Assembly (NCBI GenBank): GCA_963764715.1
Contig: CAVXTP010000021.1
Location: 367,040 to 431,039, forward strand
Origin: an uncultured Acidobacteriota bacterium
GTDB taxonomy: Bacteria > Acidobacteriota > Thermoanaerobaculia > UBA5066 > Gp7-AA6
DNA length: 64,000 bases
Reading direction: 5' to 3'
In this document: positions 54,651 to 63,944 of the stretch, in pieces
How the letters are laid out: the number at the start of each line of letters is the position of its first letter
Position numbering within the stretch: the first letter of the stretch is position 1
The notes under the pieces: generated by a model
Database searches by the model: none
Told to the model about the DNA's origin: nothing
The model's input: only the letters and a program-made list of their open reading frames with translations
Program-made: the position numbers and the translations under genes

Positions 54651-55634
54651 CTAAGCCGGCAGGTAGTTCTTGAAGAACTCCTCCCACCTTCGCGCATAGG
54701 CCATCTTCGCGGCGGCGGCGGGCTCGTCTTCGTGGTGGCAGTGCCCGGCACCGGCGACGTTCCACACGGCGCTGCGGGGCGGGAGGGCCGCGGCGAGCCT
54801 CCGCGTGAAGCGCGCGGGGACGAGCCGGTCGTTCTCGCCGTGGACGAGGAGGATGGCCGCAGTCACGCGGGTGACGGCCGCCAGCGGATCGAGAAGCTCC
54901 AGGCCGCCCGCCGAAGGCTCGGCGCCGAGCTCGCGGCGGACCCGCGCGACCGCCCGCGAGATCGCCCAGTGCGTGGTCAGCGTCAGGAGCGGCGCCGGCA
55001 CCTTCGTCGCGCGGGAGAGGTAGTGCCGCGCCATCTCGCGCGGGTTGGCGAACGGCGACTCGAGCCAGATGGCCCGGATCCCCGAGCGCCCCGCCGCGAA
55101 CTCGAGAGCGACGGAGGACCCGGCCGAGCAGGAGTGGATCCCGAGGCGGTCGGGATCGACGCCAAAGCGCTGCCGCGCCGCGTCGACCGTGAGGGCGAGG
55201 TCCTCCTTCTCGAGGAGCCCGAGCGTGAACAGCGTGCCGCCGCTCTTGCCGTGGGCCCGGAGATCCGGCAGCAGGACGTTGTACCCGAGCGCCAGCGCGC
55301 GGAGCGCATCGGGCTGCCACTCGCTGGCGTTGCCGCCCTTGCCGTGCAGGAAGAGCAGGGTGGCCCGCCCCGCGGGCTCTCCGGGCGAGGCGAAGATCGT
55401 GGAGAGCTCGACCGGAAGCCGCGGACTGCCGGGGTGGCGAAGGTCGGCGACTGTGGGGGCCGCGCTCTCGAGGGCCGCGCGGAGCTCGTCGTACCGGTCC
55501 GGCGTCGGTCCGAGCCCGCGCGAGGAGAGCAGGCGATCGGCGAGCTCGCGCGCGGCGAAGTACGAGCCCGCGACGTAGAGAGCGCCTCCCGAAGTCAGCC
55601 AGGGAAGGGCGCGGCGCGCCCAGCGGGAGTCCGT
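54651..55634 (-). CDS. Alpha/beta hydrolase with N-terminal hydrophobic segment; start appears to be ACG
   Basis: The frame of ORF 54651..55034 is open up to the ferredoxin TAG at 55638-55640 and encodes LLFLHGKGG, GYNVLLPDLRAHGKS, GIHSCSAG, WLESPF, LVHGENDRLVP and GAGH. Confidence 0.8.
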   Translation of the reverse strand, partial: TDSRWARRALPWLTSGGALYVAGSYFAARELADRLLSSRGLGPTPDRYDELRAALESAAPTVADLRHPGSPRLPVELSTIFASPGEPAGRATLLFLHGKGGNASEWQPDALRALALGYNVLLPDLRAHGKSGGTLFTLGLLEKEDLALTVDAARQRFGVDPDRLGIHSCSAGSSVALEFAAGRSGIRAIWLESPFANPREMARHYLSRATKVPAPLLTLTTHWAISRAVARVRRELGAEPSAGGLELLDPLAAVTRVTAAILLVHGENDRLVPARFTRRLAAALPPRSAVWNVAGAGHCHHEDEPAAAAKMAYARRWEEFFKNYLPA

Positions 55635-55637
55635 GGC

Positions 55638-56021
55638 CTACTCCAGGCCGTAGGCCTGCTGCGCCTCCAGGCCCTTCTTTCCGAGGACGCCGACGACCTC
55701 GACGGGGCCCTCGACGTAGGTCTGGCAGGCGAGCCGGGTCGTCCGGTTCTTCCAGCGCCTGCGGACGAGCGCAAGCGGCTTGAGGAACCAGAGGGCGAGC
55801 GAGAACTTCTCGAGACCCGTTGGCGGCGACAGGTTTTCCCCGCCCGAGACCGGGATGACCGCGCACGTGCCGCAGAGGCCGTCGCCGCCGCACCACTTCC
55901 AGAGCCGGGCGTCGGCCTCGAGGGCCGCGTCCCAGAGGCGGTATCCCTCCCAGACGTCGATTTCCTTGCCGTTGATGACGCAGCGCACGCGGCGCCGCTC
56001 GCGCTTCGGGTTCGCAGCCAT
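55638..56021 (-). CDS. 2Fe-2S ferredoxin-type protein
   Basis: CGGDGLCGTC...RLACQ. Confidence 0.85.
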   Translation of the reverse strand: MAANPKRERRRVRCVINGKEIDVWEGYRLWDAALEADARLWKWCGGDGLCGTCAVIPVSGGENLSPPTGLEKFSLALWFLKPLALVRRRWKNRTTRLACQTYVEGPVEVVGVLGKKGLEAQQAYGLE

Positions 56022-56065
56022 GGCGGGGATTATACGGGGAGCGCTCGTGGCAAGATTCGCAACCG

Positions 56066-56977
56066 ATGACGTTGCTGCTCCTCCTCGCGGGCCTCGCGGT
56101 CTCGCCGGTTCCCGCGCCCGCGGCCCCCGCCGCGCCGTTCACGATCTCGGAGCTCGCGCCCGGCGTTTTCGCCGCCATCGCCGATCCGAAGGGCGAGTCC
56201 GGCAACGCGGGCTTCGTCGTCGGTTCGGACGCGGCGCTGGTCGTCGACGCCTTCGCGACCCCGGAGGCGGCGCAGCCGCTGCTCCGGGAGATCCGCGCGC
56301 GGACGCCGCGGCCGATCCGGTTCGCGGCGCTGACGCACTTCCACCGGGACCACATGGGCGGCAGCGACACCTTCGCGAAGGCGGGGGCCACGGTCGTGGC
56401 CCACGAAAACGTCCGCGCCTGGGCGCACCGCGAGTTCCAGGAAGGGCTGACGCCCGAGGAGCGGGCGCGCTACGCCGCGCTGCGGCTGCCCGACGTGACC
56501 TTCCGCGACCGCGTTTCGATCTGGCTCGGCGACCGCCGCGTCGAGATCGTTCACCTCCCGGGGCACTCGGGCAGCGACGCCGTCGTCGCGGTGCCGGACG
56601 CCCGCGTCGTCTTCACGGGCGATCTCTTCTCCAACCGATGTCTTCCCGGCCTGCGGTTCGCCCGGACGGACGCCTGGATCCAGACCCTCGACGGGCTCAT
56701 CCGGAGCTATCCCGACGCCACCTTCGTTCCGGGGCACGGCGCGGCGGGCCACGCGCTCGACGTGCGCCGGTTTCGCGACTATCTGAACGGCCTGCGCATG
56801 GCGGTCGCCCGGGGGCTCGCCGAAGGGAAGTCCGGCGCGGCGCTCGTGGAAGCCGTCCGGACGCAGCTCGCTCCCCGCTACAAGGGGTGGACGGGATTCG
56901 AGGAGGTCGACGCCAACATCGCCGACGTGGAACGCGAGCTCACGGGCACGAAGGCGTATCCGCCGGCCGCCCCGTGA
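56066..56977 (+). CDS. Secreted MBL-fold metallo-hydrolase
   Basis: Signal peptide; NAGFVVG, THFHRDHMGG, GHS, FTGDL, VPGHG. Confidence 0.88.
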   Translation: MTLLLLLAGLAVSPVPAPAAPAAPFTISELAPGVFAAIADPKGESGNAGFVVGSDAALVVDAFATPEAAQPLLREIRARTPRPIRFAALTHFHRDHMGGSDTFAKAGATVVAHENVRAWAHREFQEGLTPEERARYAALRLPDVTFRDRVSIWLGDRRVEIVHLPGHSGSDAVVAVPDARVVFTGDLFSNRCLPGLRFARTDAWIQTLDGLIRSYPDATFVPGHGAAGHALDVRRFRDYLNGLRMAVARGLAEGKSGAALVEAVRTQLAPRYKGWTGFEEVDANIADVERELTGTKAYPPAAP

Positions 56978-57401
56978 TGCGCGCCCATTCCGCGGGAAGG
57001 AAGAGGAGCTCGATGCCGCTGCGCGTCTGCCCGGGCTCGACGGTCGCCTCGACGAGGGACGGGTCGCGCGGGTCCGCGGTGACGACGGAGCGGCCGTCGA
57101 GGATCAACAGGAAGCCGTAGTCCCCGGGCGCGGCGAGCTCCAGGCGGAAGGTGCCGTCGCAGGCCGTCGTCGCCGGCGGCGACCACGGGATCTCGGCGCC
57201 CCGCGGGATCCCGCGGACGCCGATCCGGGGGACGGGCCGTCCCTCGGGATCGCGGACGCGGCCCTCGACGAATCCCCGGGGGTTGGAGCCGATGCGCTGC
57301 GCGGCCGCGGTCACCTTCGGCGCGGTGGCGCAGGCCGCGGCGGAGACGACCGCAATTGTCCCGACGAGCCGTCGGGCGACGCGGAGTGCGGCGGATTCCA
57401 T
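56940..57401 (-). CDS. Putative lipoprotein with carboxypeptidase-regulatory-like (transthyretin-like) domain
   Basis: From ATG 57401: hydrophobic stretch ending AAAC, then VEGRVRDPEGRPV...DGTFRL..APGDY. Confidence 0.6.
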   Translation of the reverse strand: MESAALRVARRLVGTIAVVSAAACATAPKVTAAAQRIGSNPRGFVEGRVRDPEGRPVPRIGVRGIPRGAEIPWSPPATTACDGTFRLELAAPGDYGFLLILDGRSVVTADPRDPSLVEATVEPGQTRSGIELLFLPAEWARITGRPADTPSCP

Positions 57402-57417
57402 GTGGCATGATCTTGCC

Positions 57418-57873
57418 ATGCCGGAAAACGACGAGATCCATCGCTTCGACGCGGCCGCGACCTGGTCCGGGGACGGCGCCGGGTCGGGCGAGGTGCGCGT
57501 CTCCGATGGCCGGTTCGCGGTGCCGATCGCGGGCGCGACGGTGCTCGGCGGCTCGGGCGGCAAGGCCAACCCCGAGGAGCTGCTGCTCGCGGCGATCGCC
57601 GCCTGCTTCGCCAACACCTGGGCGATCTTTCTGAAGAAGCTGGCGCTGCCCCTGGCGGCGCCGTCGGTCGCGGTCTCCGGCGAGCTCGCCCCGGACCCGG
57701 CCGGCGGCTTCCGCATGGTCCGGGCCGTCATCCGGGCGCGGGTGCCCGCCTCCCTCCTCGCGGCCGACCGGCCGAAGGTCGAGAAGACGCTCCAGCTCGC
57801 CGAGAAATACTGCATCATCTCGAAGGTCGCGCGGGCCGCGATGTCCCTGTCGGTCGAAATCGACGAGGCCTAG
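57418..57873 (+). CDS. OsmC/Ohr family protein
   Basis: NPEELLLAAIAACF and AEKYCIIS, the two conserved Cys motifs. Confidence 0.88.
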   Translation: MPENDEIHRFDAAATWSGDGAGSGEVRVSDGRFAVPIAGATVLGGSGGKANPEELLLAAIAACFANTWAIFLKKLALPLAAPSVAVSGELAPDPAGGFRMVRAVIRARVPASLLAADRPKVEKTLQLAEKYCIISKVARAAMSLSVEIDEA

Positions 57874-57895
57874 CCCGCGGCCCGGCCCGGCGGCC

Positions 57896-58153
57896 ATGAA
57901 ACGCATTCCGATCGAGGACGCGTTCGATCTCCACTCCTTCCGCCCGCGGGACGTCGTCTCGGTGGTGTCCGACTATCTCGAGGAAGCGAAGCGGGCCGGG
58001 TTCCGGGAGGTGCGCCTCATCCACGGAAAGGGAACGGGCGCGCGCCGCGCCGAGGTACGAAGGTACCTCGCGACCCGCGCCGACGTCGCCGACTTCTTCG
58101 ACGCGCCGCCGGGGCGCGGAGGCTCCGGCGCCACGGTCGTGGTTCTCGCCTAG
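57896..58153 (+). CDS. Smr domain protein
   Basis: DLHSF, VRLIHGKGTG, GGSGATVV. Confidence 0.88.
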   Translation: MKRIPIEDAFDLHSFRPRDVVSVVSDYLEEAKRAGFREVRLIHGKGTGARRAEVRRYLATRADVADFFDAPPGRGGSGATVVVLA

Positions 58154-58407
58154 ACCGCCGGCCGCTCCGTCGTCGCGTGCTCGATCGCCGCTCCGCCGAC
58201 GGGCACGGACGCCCCGCAGACGCAGGTCGCCTCGAAGCCTCCGTCGGGCGCGACCGAGGCGCGCGGGACCTCGAGCCGCCGCCCGTCGTTGATTCCGCGA
58301 TCGGTGGACCAGCGCCGCACCGAGCCGACGAGGCGGTCGGGCGCGTCGCCGAACTGGATCGTCACCTGGCATCCGCAGGCGCCGCAGTGTCCCCAGAAGT
58401 AGTTCAT
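58150..58407 (-). CDS. Small hypothetical protein with CxxC and CxC (possible metal binding)
   Basis: MNYFWGHCGACGC...ATCVCGA; ATG overlaps the GGDEF gene stop (ATGA), with AAGGA upstream. Confidence 0.6.
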   Translation of the reverse strand: MNYFWGHCGACGCQVTIQFGDAPDRLVGSVRRWSTDRGINDGRRLEVPRASVAPDGGFEATCVCGASVPVGGAAIEHATTERPAV

Positions 58408-59594
58408 GGATTCCTTTCTCCGGCGGGTCCGCGCAGCTCGCGGTGCGCGCGCTTGCGCTCGTACATGACGCGGTCCGCCTGCGAGATCGCGACGTCGAGC
58501 GGGACCCGCTTGGAATAGATGTGGATGCCGACGGAGGCGGCCAGGAACTTGGGGTACGGGCGGCCGCCGGGCCGCGGCGATTGCTTGACCTCGTCGATCT
58601 TGGACGGAAGCATGTAGAAGCGGCGCCGCGCCAGGTCCTCGTCCATGCCCGGCAGGATGACGAGGAACTCGTCGCCCCCCCACCGGATCACGTGGTCGTT
58701 GCCCCGGACGAGCTTCTTGATCGCCTGGGCCACGGTCCAGATCGCCCGGTCGCCTTCTTCGTGGCCTTCGGTGTCGTTGATGCGCTTGAGGCCGTCGACG
58801 TCGATGAGGACGATCGAGCCTCCGATGTCGCTCGACTCGAGCTGGGGCTTGATCTCGTCGAGGAAGAAGCGGTTGTGCGTCTCGGTCAGCGGGTCGAGCG
58901 TCGCCTTGCGCTTCGAGCGCCGCGTGTCGTCGACGGTGCGGGCGTGGAGGGCCGCGAGGCGCCGCTCGGTGTCCTCCATGGCCCAGATGATCAGGCCGAT
59001 GCCGAAGAGCATCTCGAGCAGCACGTCGAAGAAGCCCGCGTAGTCGACGAAGACCCGGCCCCGGCCCGCTTCGCCCGAGGAGACCGACAGGACGACGACG
59101 GCGACGAACTGGACGGCGGAGTTGAGCAGGGCGAGGAGCCCCGAGAACTGCCGCCCGAGCCCGGCGCGCGGGCTCTGGAAGACGAAGACCGCGACGACGA
59201 GCCAGCCGACCGCGAGGATCCCGAGGTGCACGAGGAAGAAGCGGTCGTCGGTGCGGGCGAGCTGCGTGACGAGAAGCGCGAGGGGGAGGGCGGCGATGGC
59301 CGCGACGGCCAGCGGCTTGACGAGCGAGACGTCCCGGTCCATCCGGATGGCGGCGACGCAGAGCGCCACCAGGTAGAGGAGCCGGAAGGCCTCGTAGAGC
59401 TCCTTCTCGGCCGGGAGCCCGAGGCGGCGGGCGACGAGCATGCTCGCGAGCGACAGGAAGAGGAAGAGCCAGGCGAACCCGGCCGCCTCGAGGACCCGGT
59501 TGCCCTTGCCCCGCGACAGATACAGAAAGATGACGGCGAGCAGGCCCGCGCCGACCGTCTGGACGACGACACCGACGTACTGGAGTTCGATCAC
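58404..59594 (-). CDS. Membrane-bound diguanylate cyclase
   Basis: About 7 hydrophobic segments, then DPLT, IDVDGLKRIND..GH..GD, RGND (RxxD I-site) and WGGDEF. Confidence 0.9.
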   Translation of the reverse strand: MIELQYVGVVVQTVGAGLLAVIFLYLSRGKGNRVLEAAGFAWLFLFLSLASMLVARRLGLPAEKELYEAFRLLYLVALCVAAIRMDRDVSLVKPLAVAAIAALPLALLVTQLARTDDRFFLVHLGILAVGWLVVAVFVFQSPRAGLGRQFSGLLALLNSAVQFVAVVVLSVSSGEAGRGRVFVDYAGFFDVLLEMLFGIGLIIWAMEDTERRLAALHARTVDDTRRSKRKATLDPLTETHNRFFLDEIKPQLESSDIGGSIVLIDVDGLKRINDTEGHEEGDRAIWTVAQAIKKLVRGNDHVIRWGGDEFLVILPGMDEDLARRRFYMLPSKIDEVKQSPRPGGRPYPKFLAASVGIHIYSKRVPLDVAISQADRVMYERKRAHRELRGPAGERNP

Positions 59595-59644
59595 AGGTAT
59601 TTGTCCAGTCGAAGGTTAGAGGGCCGTGTCCCGCCCGTCAACCT

Positions 59645-60913
59645 CTATGGGGCGTTGATCCGGGCGCCGAGGCGGCGCAGGCTCTCCCGCTCGCCGTCGG
59701 CGCGGCACGGCGGCCGCGGCGGCTCGCCCGGGCAGACGACCGGGACGAGATCGATCCGGTTGGTGCCGTGGAGCACGAGCCCGAGGGCGCGGCCCGAGGT
59801 CCCGGCCGGAAGGAGCAACGCATCGAAGGGCGCAAGCGCGCCGTCGAGACTGACCGTCCACGCGGCGTCGCCGGCCCGGAGGCGGTACGGCGGCTCGCCC
59901 TCGAGCGCGAATCGGCGGGTCTGACCCCGCGGATCCGACCAGGTGCCGGTGAGGTCCTGCGCGGCGAGCTCGTCGGAGGCGCGGGGATAGACCTGGCGCG
60001 CGCCGCCGCGCCACGCTCCGGCCGGCGAGTAGGACCGGTCCCAGTCCGGACCGAGCCCTTCGACGACGACGGTGAGCGGCACCGTGCCGCCGGCGGCGAA
60101 GCGGATCCGCGCGCGGACGGTGCGGTCGCCCGCGCGGGCGCCGAGGGTCGCGCCCTCCGACGAGACGGCGTAGGAGTCGACGGGGGCGACGAGCTCGCCG
60201 CGGGGGCCGGCGAACCGCAGCGCGAACACGCCGCGCCCCCGGTCGGCGTCGATCGTGAGCGTCGGCTCGCCGCGCATCGCCTCGAGGCGGAAGCGCGAGT
60301 AGAGGATCTCGAGCGCCGGGCGGGAGTAGAGCGTCGCCGCGTACCAGTCGGGGATCGGGACGCCGGAGATCCGGGTGGCGGAGCGCGCGGCGTCGAAGTC
60401 GAGGCTGAAGCCGGCGAACGCGTACGCCTCGCGGACCTCGAGGGGCCCGGTGCCGGCCGTCCCGGTGCGCTCGCGCACCCAGGCGGCGGACCGCCCGCCG
60501 CTCGCCGCCTCCCAGCGCGACGTCCAGCCGGCCGGGGGAGAGCAGGGGGGAACGGTCTTCCCGGCCGCGTCGCGGAGCGCGAGCGCGGTCAGCGCTCCAT
60601 CGCGGTATCTCCAGAAAGTCCGGCACTCCATGGCGTCGGTCGCCGCGACAACCTCGACGAGCGCGCCCGCGCTGCCGAGCGGACCCGACGTCAGCGAGAG
60701 CGAGACGACGTCGCCCGCGGGCGAGGCCGCCTTCGCGTCGGCGAGCTGTCGTCCCGAGGCGTCCCGGACCTGGAGTCGGACGAACCCGCGGGCGGACTCG
60801 GCCGTCACGGTTTCCTTCGTTCCGTCGCCGTCGAGATCGGCCGTGAGGCTCGGCGGAATCGTCGACGAACCCGGCGGGAGAAGAAGGACGGCGGCGAGGA
60901 GAGGTGCGATCAC
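59645..60913 (-). CDS. Hypothetical secreted protein
   Basis: C-terminal part of ORF 59645..62320; GTG 60913 gives IAPLLAAVLLL, then ADLDGDGTKE (DxDxDG). Start uncertain. Confidence 0.6.
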   Translation of the reverse strand: MIAPLLAAVLLLPPGSSTIPPSLTADLDGDGTKETVTAESARGFVRLQVRDASGRQLADAKAASPAGDVVSLSLTSGPLGSAGALVEVVAATDAMECRTFWRYRDGALTALALRDAAGKTVPPCSPPAGWTSRWEAASGGRSAAWVRERTGTAGTGPLEVREAYAFAGFSLDFDAARSATRISGVPIPDWYAATLYSRPALEILYSRFRLEAMRGEPTLTIDADRGRGVFALRFAGPRGELVAPVDSYAVSSEGATLGARAGDRTVRARIRFAAGGTVPLTVVVEGLGPDWDRSYSPAGAWRGGARQVYPRASDELAAQDLTGTWSDPRGQTRRFALEGEPPYRLRAGDAAWTVSLDGALAPFDALLLPAGTSGRALGLVLHGTNRIDLVPVVCPGEPPRPPCRADGERESLRRLGARINAP

Positions 60914-60932
60914 GCGCGCGCCGGCGTGCGGA

Positions 60933-61142
60933 TTACTTCGCCACCGGCTCGGAGGCCTGGAAACCGATCTTGCCGTGCGTTCCGTCGCAGTACGGCTTGT
61001 TCTCCGAATGGCCGCATCGGCAGAGCGAGATCGCGCGGCCATCCGCGACGTCGATCGCGTTGCCCTGCGGGTCCGTGACTTTCGTCGGGCCCGTGACGCG
61101 GTACGGACCGTTCGGAATGACCTTGATGGTGGGTTCCGCCAT
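60933..61142 (-). CDS. CDGSH iron-sulfur domain protein
   Basis: NGPYRV...LCRCGHSENKPYCDGTH; GAGGAGG RBS. Confidence 0.9.
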   Translation of the reverse strand: MAEPTIKVIPNGPYRVTGPTKVTDPQGNAIDVADGRAISLCRCGHSENKPYCDGTHGKIGFQASEPVAK

Positions 61143-61267
61143 GCTCGGTTCCTCCTCGTCGTGTCGACGGCGAAGCGCCAGCCATTGTAGCCTCGCGCCG
61201 CGCGCCGCCGAAGAGCGCGTGGCGCGGATCGAACCGCGCATTCTGTGTTACCCTGAGACGAAGACCG

Positions 61268-62281
61268 TTGCACGCCTTCGAGAAAGCCCCGCCCGACGTC
61301 CAGGAGCTCCTGACCAAACCCATCAAGGAACTGGGGCTGAAGCTCGAAGGCTCTCCGATCGAGCGGCTCGTCCACCGGCTCTACCGGGAGCTCGAGGCGA
61401 AGGGGCTCTTGCGATTCCGGCCGCTCGTGTACCTCTCGGACGAGTGGGGCTGCCCGTCGGGCGAGCCCGTCATCGGCATCCCGTTCTACCTCGCCAACCC
61501 CAAGCTCGCGCGCCTCGAGAAGGAGATGAACGATCTCGAGGACCGCCGCGAAATCATGATGTACCTGCGGCACGAGGCGGGACACGCGTTCAACTATGCG
61601 TATCTCCTGTACCGCACGCCCGAATGGCGCGACCTCTTCGGCCCGTTTCGCCGGCCGTACCGCGACACGTACCGGCCGGTTCCCTTCTCGCGCCGCTTCG
61701 TGCGCCACATTGCCGGCTGGTACGCGCAGAAGCACCCGGACGAGGACTTCGCCGAGACGTTCGCCGTCTGGCTGACGCCGCGCTCCGAGTGGCGCAAGCG
61801 CTACAAGGGCTGGGGGGCGATCGCGAAGCTGCGGTACGTCGACCGGATGGCGCGCCGATTCCGGGACACGGAGCCGCTGCGCAAGCGCGGTCACACGGAC
61901 GTGACGGTCGAGGAGATGGAGACGACGGTCGAAGAGTTCTACAAGCAGGCGATCGAGGCTCCGGCGCAGCCGGTCGAGCTCGCGCTCGACACCGACCTCG
62001 TCGACATCTTCAAGGTCTCCAAGCGCAGGAAGAAGGGCGTGCGCCCGGCGGCCGAGCTCCTGCGCGAGAACCGCAAGACGCTCGTCGACAAAGTGACCTA
62101 CTGGACGGGCGTGCAGCGCCCGCTCGTCAAGCGACTCGTCGAGTCGATCGAGGCGCGCGTCGGGGAGCTCGACTTGCGGGCCGCGGTCGCGACCGAGAAG
62201 GAGCATCTGACCGAGGTCACCGTCTACGCCACCGCGCTGGCGATGAACTACCTGGCGCGGGGAAAGTTCGTTCAGCCGTGA
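61268..62281 (+). CDS. Putative zinc-binding metallopeptidase (Peptidase_Mx-like)
   Basis: LRHEAGHA (HExxH) and YAQKHPDEDFAETFAVWL. Confidence 0.8.
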   Translation: MHAFEKAPPDVQELLTKPIKELGLKLEGSPIERLVHRLYRELEAKGLLRFRPLVYLSDEWGCPSGEPVIGIPFYLANPKLARLEKEMNDLEDRREIMMYLRHEAGHAFNYAYLLYRTPEWRDLFGPFRRPYRDTYRPVPFSRRFVRHIAGWYAQKHPDEDFAETFAVWLTPRSEWRKRYKGWGAIAKLRYVDRMARRFRDTEPLRKRGHTDVTVEEMETTVEEFYKQAIEAPAQPVELALDTDLVDIFKVSKRRKKGVRPAAELLRENRKTLVDKVTYWTGVQRPLVKRLVESIEARVGELDLRAAVATEKEHLTEVTVYATALAMNYLARGKFVQP

Positions 62282-62300
62282 GCCGGAGGGAGGAAAGCGA

Positions 62301-63353
62301 ATGAGCCGGGAGAAACTCAAGATCGCCGTCCTCTACGACGTCTTCGAGGAAGAGCCCGAGCCGCCCCCGCCGCCGCCCGAGAAGCCGTCGAAGGTCAAGG
62401 GCAAGGTCCGCCGGAAGAAGAAGAAAGACAAGCCCGATCGCGAGGAGATCTTCGAGGCCCTCGTCAAGCTCGGCCACGACGCCTCCTACCAGGTCGTCGA
62501 CGGCCGCGACCAGTCGCTGATCGCGCTGGCGCGCTGCGATGCGGACCTCGTGTTCAACCTGACCGAGTCCTACGCCGGCGACGACACGATGGACATGAAC
62601 ATCGCGGCGTACCTCGATCTGCTGGGCAAGCCGTACACGGGCGCCGGGCCCCACGGGCTGTACCTGGCCCAGGACAAGGCCCTCGCCAAGAAGATCTTCG
62701 CGTTCCATCAGATCCGCACCCCGTTCTTCGCGACGTCCTACAAGGGCAGGCTCGACCACTCCCACGACATCGCCTTCCCGCTGATCGTCAAGCCGACGTC
62801 CGAGGACGGCTCGATCGGGATCGACGCGCTCTCGGTCGTCGGCTCGGTCAAGGAGCTCATGGAGCGGATCCACTACATCCACGAGGAGTTCGACGCGCCG
62901 GCGCTGATCGAGGAGTACATCGAGGGCCGGGAGATGTACGCGGCCGTCCTCGGCAACGAGAGCCCCGAGGTCCTGCCCATGATCGAGCTCGATCTCTCGA
63001 AGCTCCCGGAGGGAACGCCGAAGATCGCCGGCAAGGAAGTCAAGTGGGAGAAGGACACCGAGGCCTACCGCGTCACCAAGTCCGCCCCCGTCGAGGACCT
63101 CGACGAGGAGACCGCCACCCGTCTGTCCGAGACCGCGCTCTCCGCCTACCAGGCCCTGAAGCTCCGCGACTACGGCCGCATCGACATGCGCCTGACGCCC
63201 AAGGGGGAGGTCTACGTCATCGAGGCCAACCCGAATCCCTGGCTCTCCTCGGGCGCCGAGTTCCACATGGCGGCCCGCAAGGCCGGCCGCAGCTACAGCC
63301 AGCTCATCTCGGAGATCGTGGACCTCGCCCGGGCGCGTTTCACGGCGGCCTGA
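62301..63353 (+). CDS. ATP-grasp ligase, D-Ala-D-Ala ligase-like
   Basis: VFNLTE, PYTG, QDKALAK, FPLIVKP..EDGSIGI, LIEEYIEGRE, YGRIDMR, IEANPNP. Lacks the Ddl N-terminal GGxSxE motif. Confidence 0.85.
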   Translation: MSREKLKIAVLYDVFEEEPEPPPPPPEKPSKVKGKVRRKKKKDKPDREEIFEALVKLGHDASYQVVDGRDQSLIALARCDADLVFNLTESYAGDDTMDMNIAAYLDLLGKPYTGAGPHGLYLAQDKALAKKIFAFHQIRTPFFATSYKGRLDHSHDIAFPLIVKPTSEDGSIGIDALSVVGSVKELMERIHYIHEEFDAPALIEEYIEGREMYAAVLGNESPEVLPMIELDLSKLPEGTPKIAGKEVKWEKDTEAYRVTKSAPVEDLDEETATRLSETALSAYQALKLRDYGRIDMRLTPKGEVYVIEANPNPWLSSGAEFHMAARKAGRSYSQLISEIVDLARARFTAA

Positions 63354-63380
63354 CGTAGGATGCGCGCCGGGAGGACACAC

Positions 63381-63944
63381 ATGAGGAAGACCACGGCGCC
63401 TCTCGCGGCCATCCTGGCGTTGCTCCTGTCCGCCACCGCGGCCCCGGCCGTCGAGGTCGCCGGGGTGAAACTGCCCGACACCCAGACCGTCGACGGCAAG
63501 ACCCTCAAGTTGAACGGCGCGGGGATCCGCAAGAAGGCCATCTTCAAGGTCTACGTCGCGGGCCTCTACGTCGAAACGCCGTCGAAGGACTCCGCCACGC
63601 TGATCTCCTCGAGCCAGGCCAAGAGCATGCATCTCTGGATGCTCCGCGACGTCGAGGGCCCGAAGATCTCGGGCGCGATCGCCGAGGGCTTCGAGCTCAA
63701 CTCGAAGTCGGCCCTCCCGCAGCTGAAGTCCCGCCTGGACCAGCTCGCGAAGCTGATCCCGGACGTCAAGGACGGCGAGCAGATCGCGCTGACGTGGATC
63801 CCGGACAAGGGGACGGTCGTCACCGTTCGCGGCACCGACGTCGGCACGATCGAGGGGCGCGACTTCGCCGACGCTCTCTTCGCCGTCTGGCTCGGGCCGA
63901 AGCCGGTCCAGGACGACCTGAAGAAGGCGCTCTCAGGAAACTGA
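63381..63944 (+). CDS. Secreted chalcone isomerase-like protein
   Basis: Signal peptide; LKLNGAGIRKK..FKVYVAGLY, FADALFAVWLG..PV...LKKAL. GGAGG before ATG 63381. Confidence 0.85.
   Translation: MRKTTAPLAAILALLLSATAAPAVEVAGVKLPDTQTVDGKTLKLNGAGIRKKAIFKVYVAGLYVETPSKDSATLISSSQAKSMHLWMLRDVEGPKISGAIAEGFELNSKSALPQLKSRLDQLAKLIPDVKDGEQIALTWIPDKGTVVTVRGTDVGTIEGRDFADALFAVWLGPKPVQDDLKKALSGN

Noticed and set aside
56066-56977. MBL-fold protein as a beta-lactamase resistance gene
   Set aside because: Only the generic HxHxDH fold motifs are visible; nothing specifically supports antibiotic hydrolysis.
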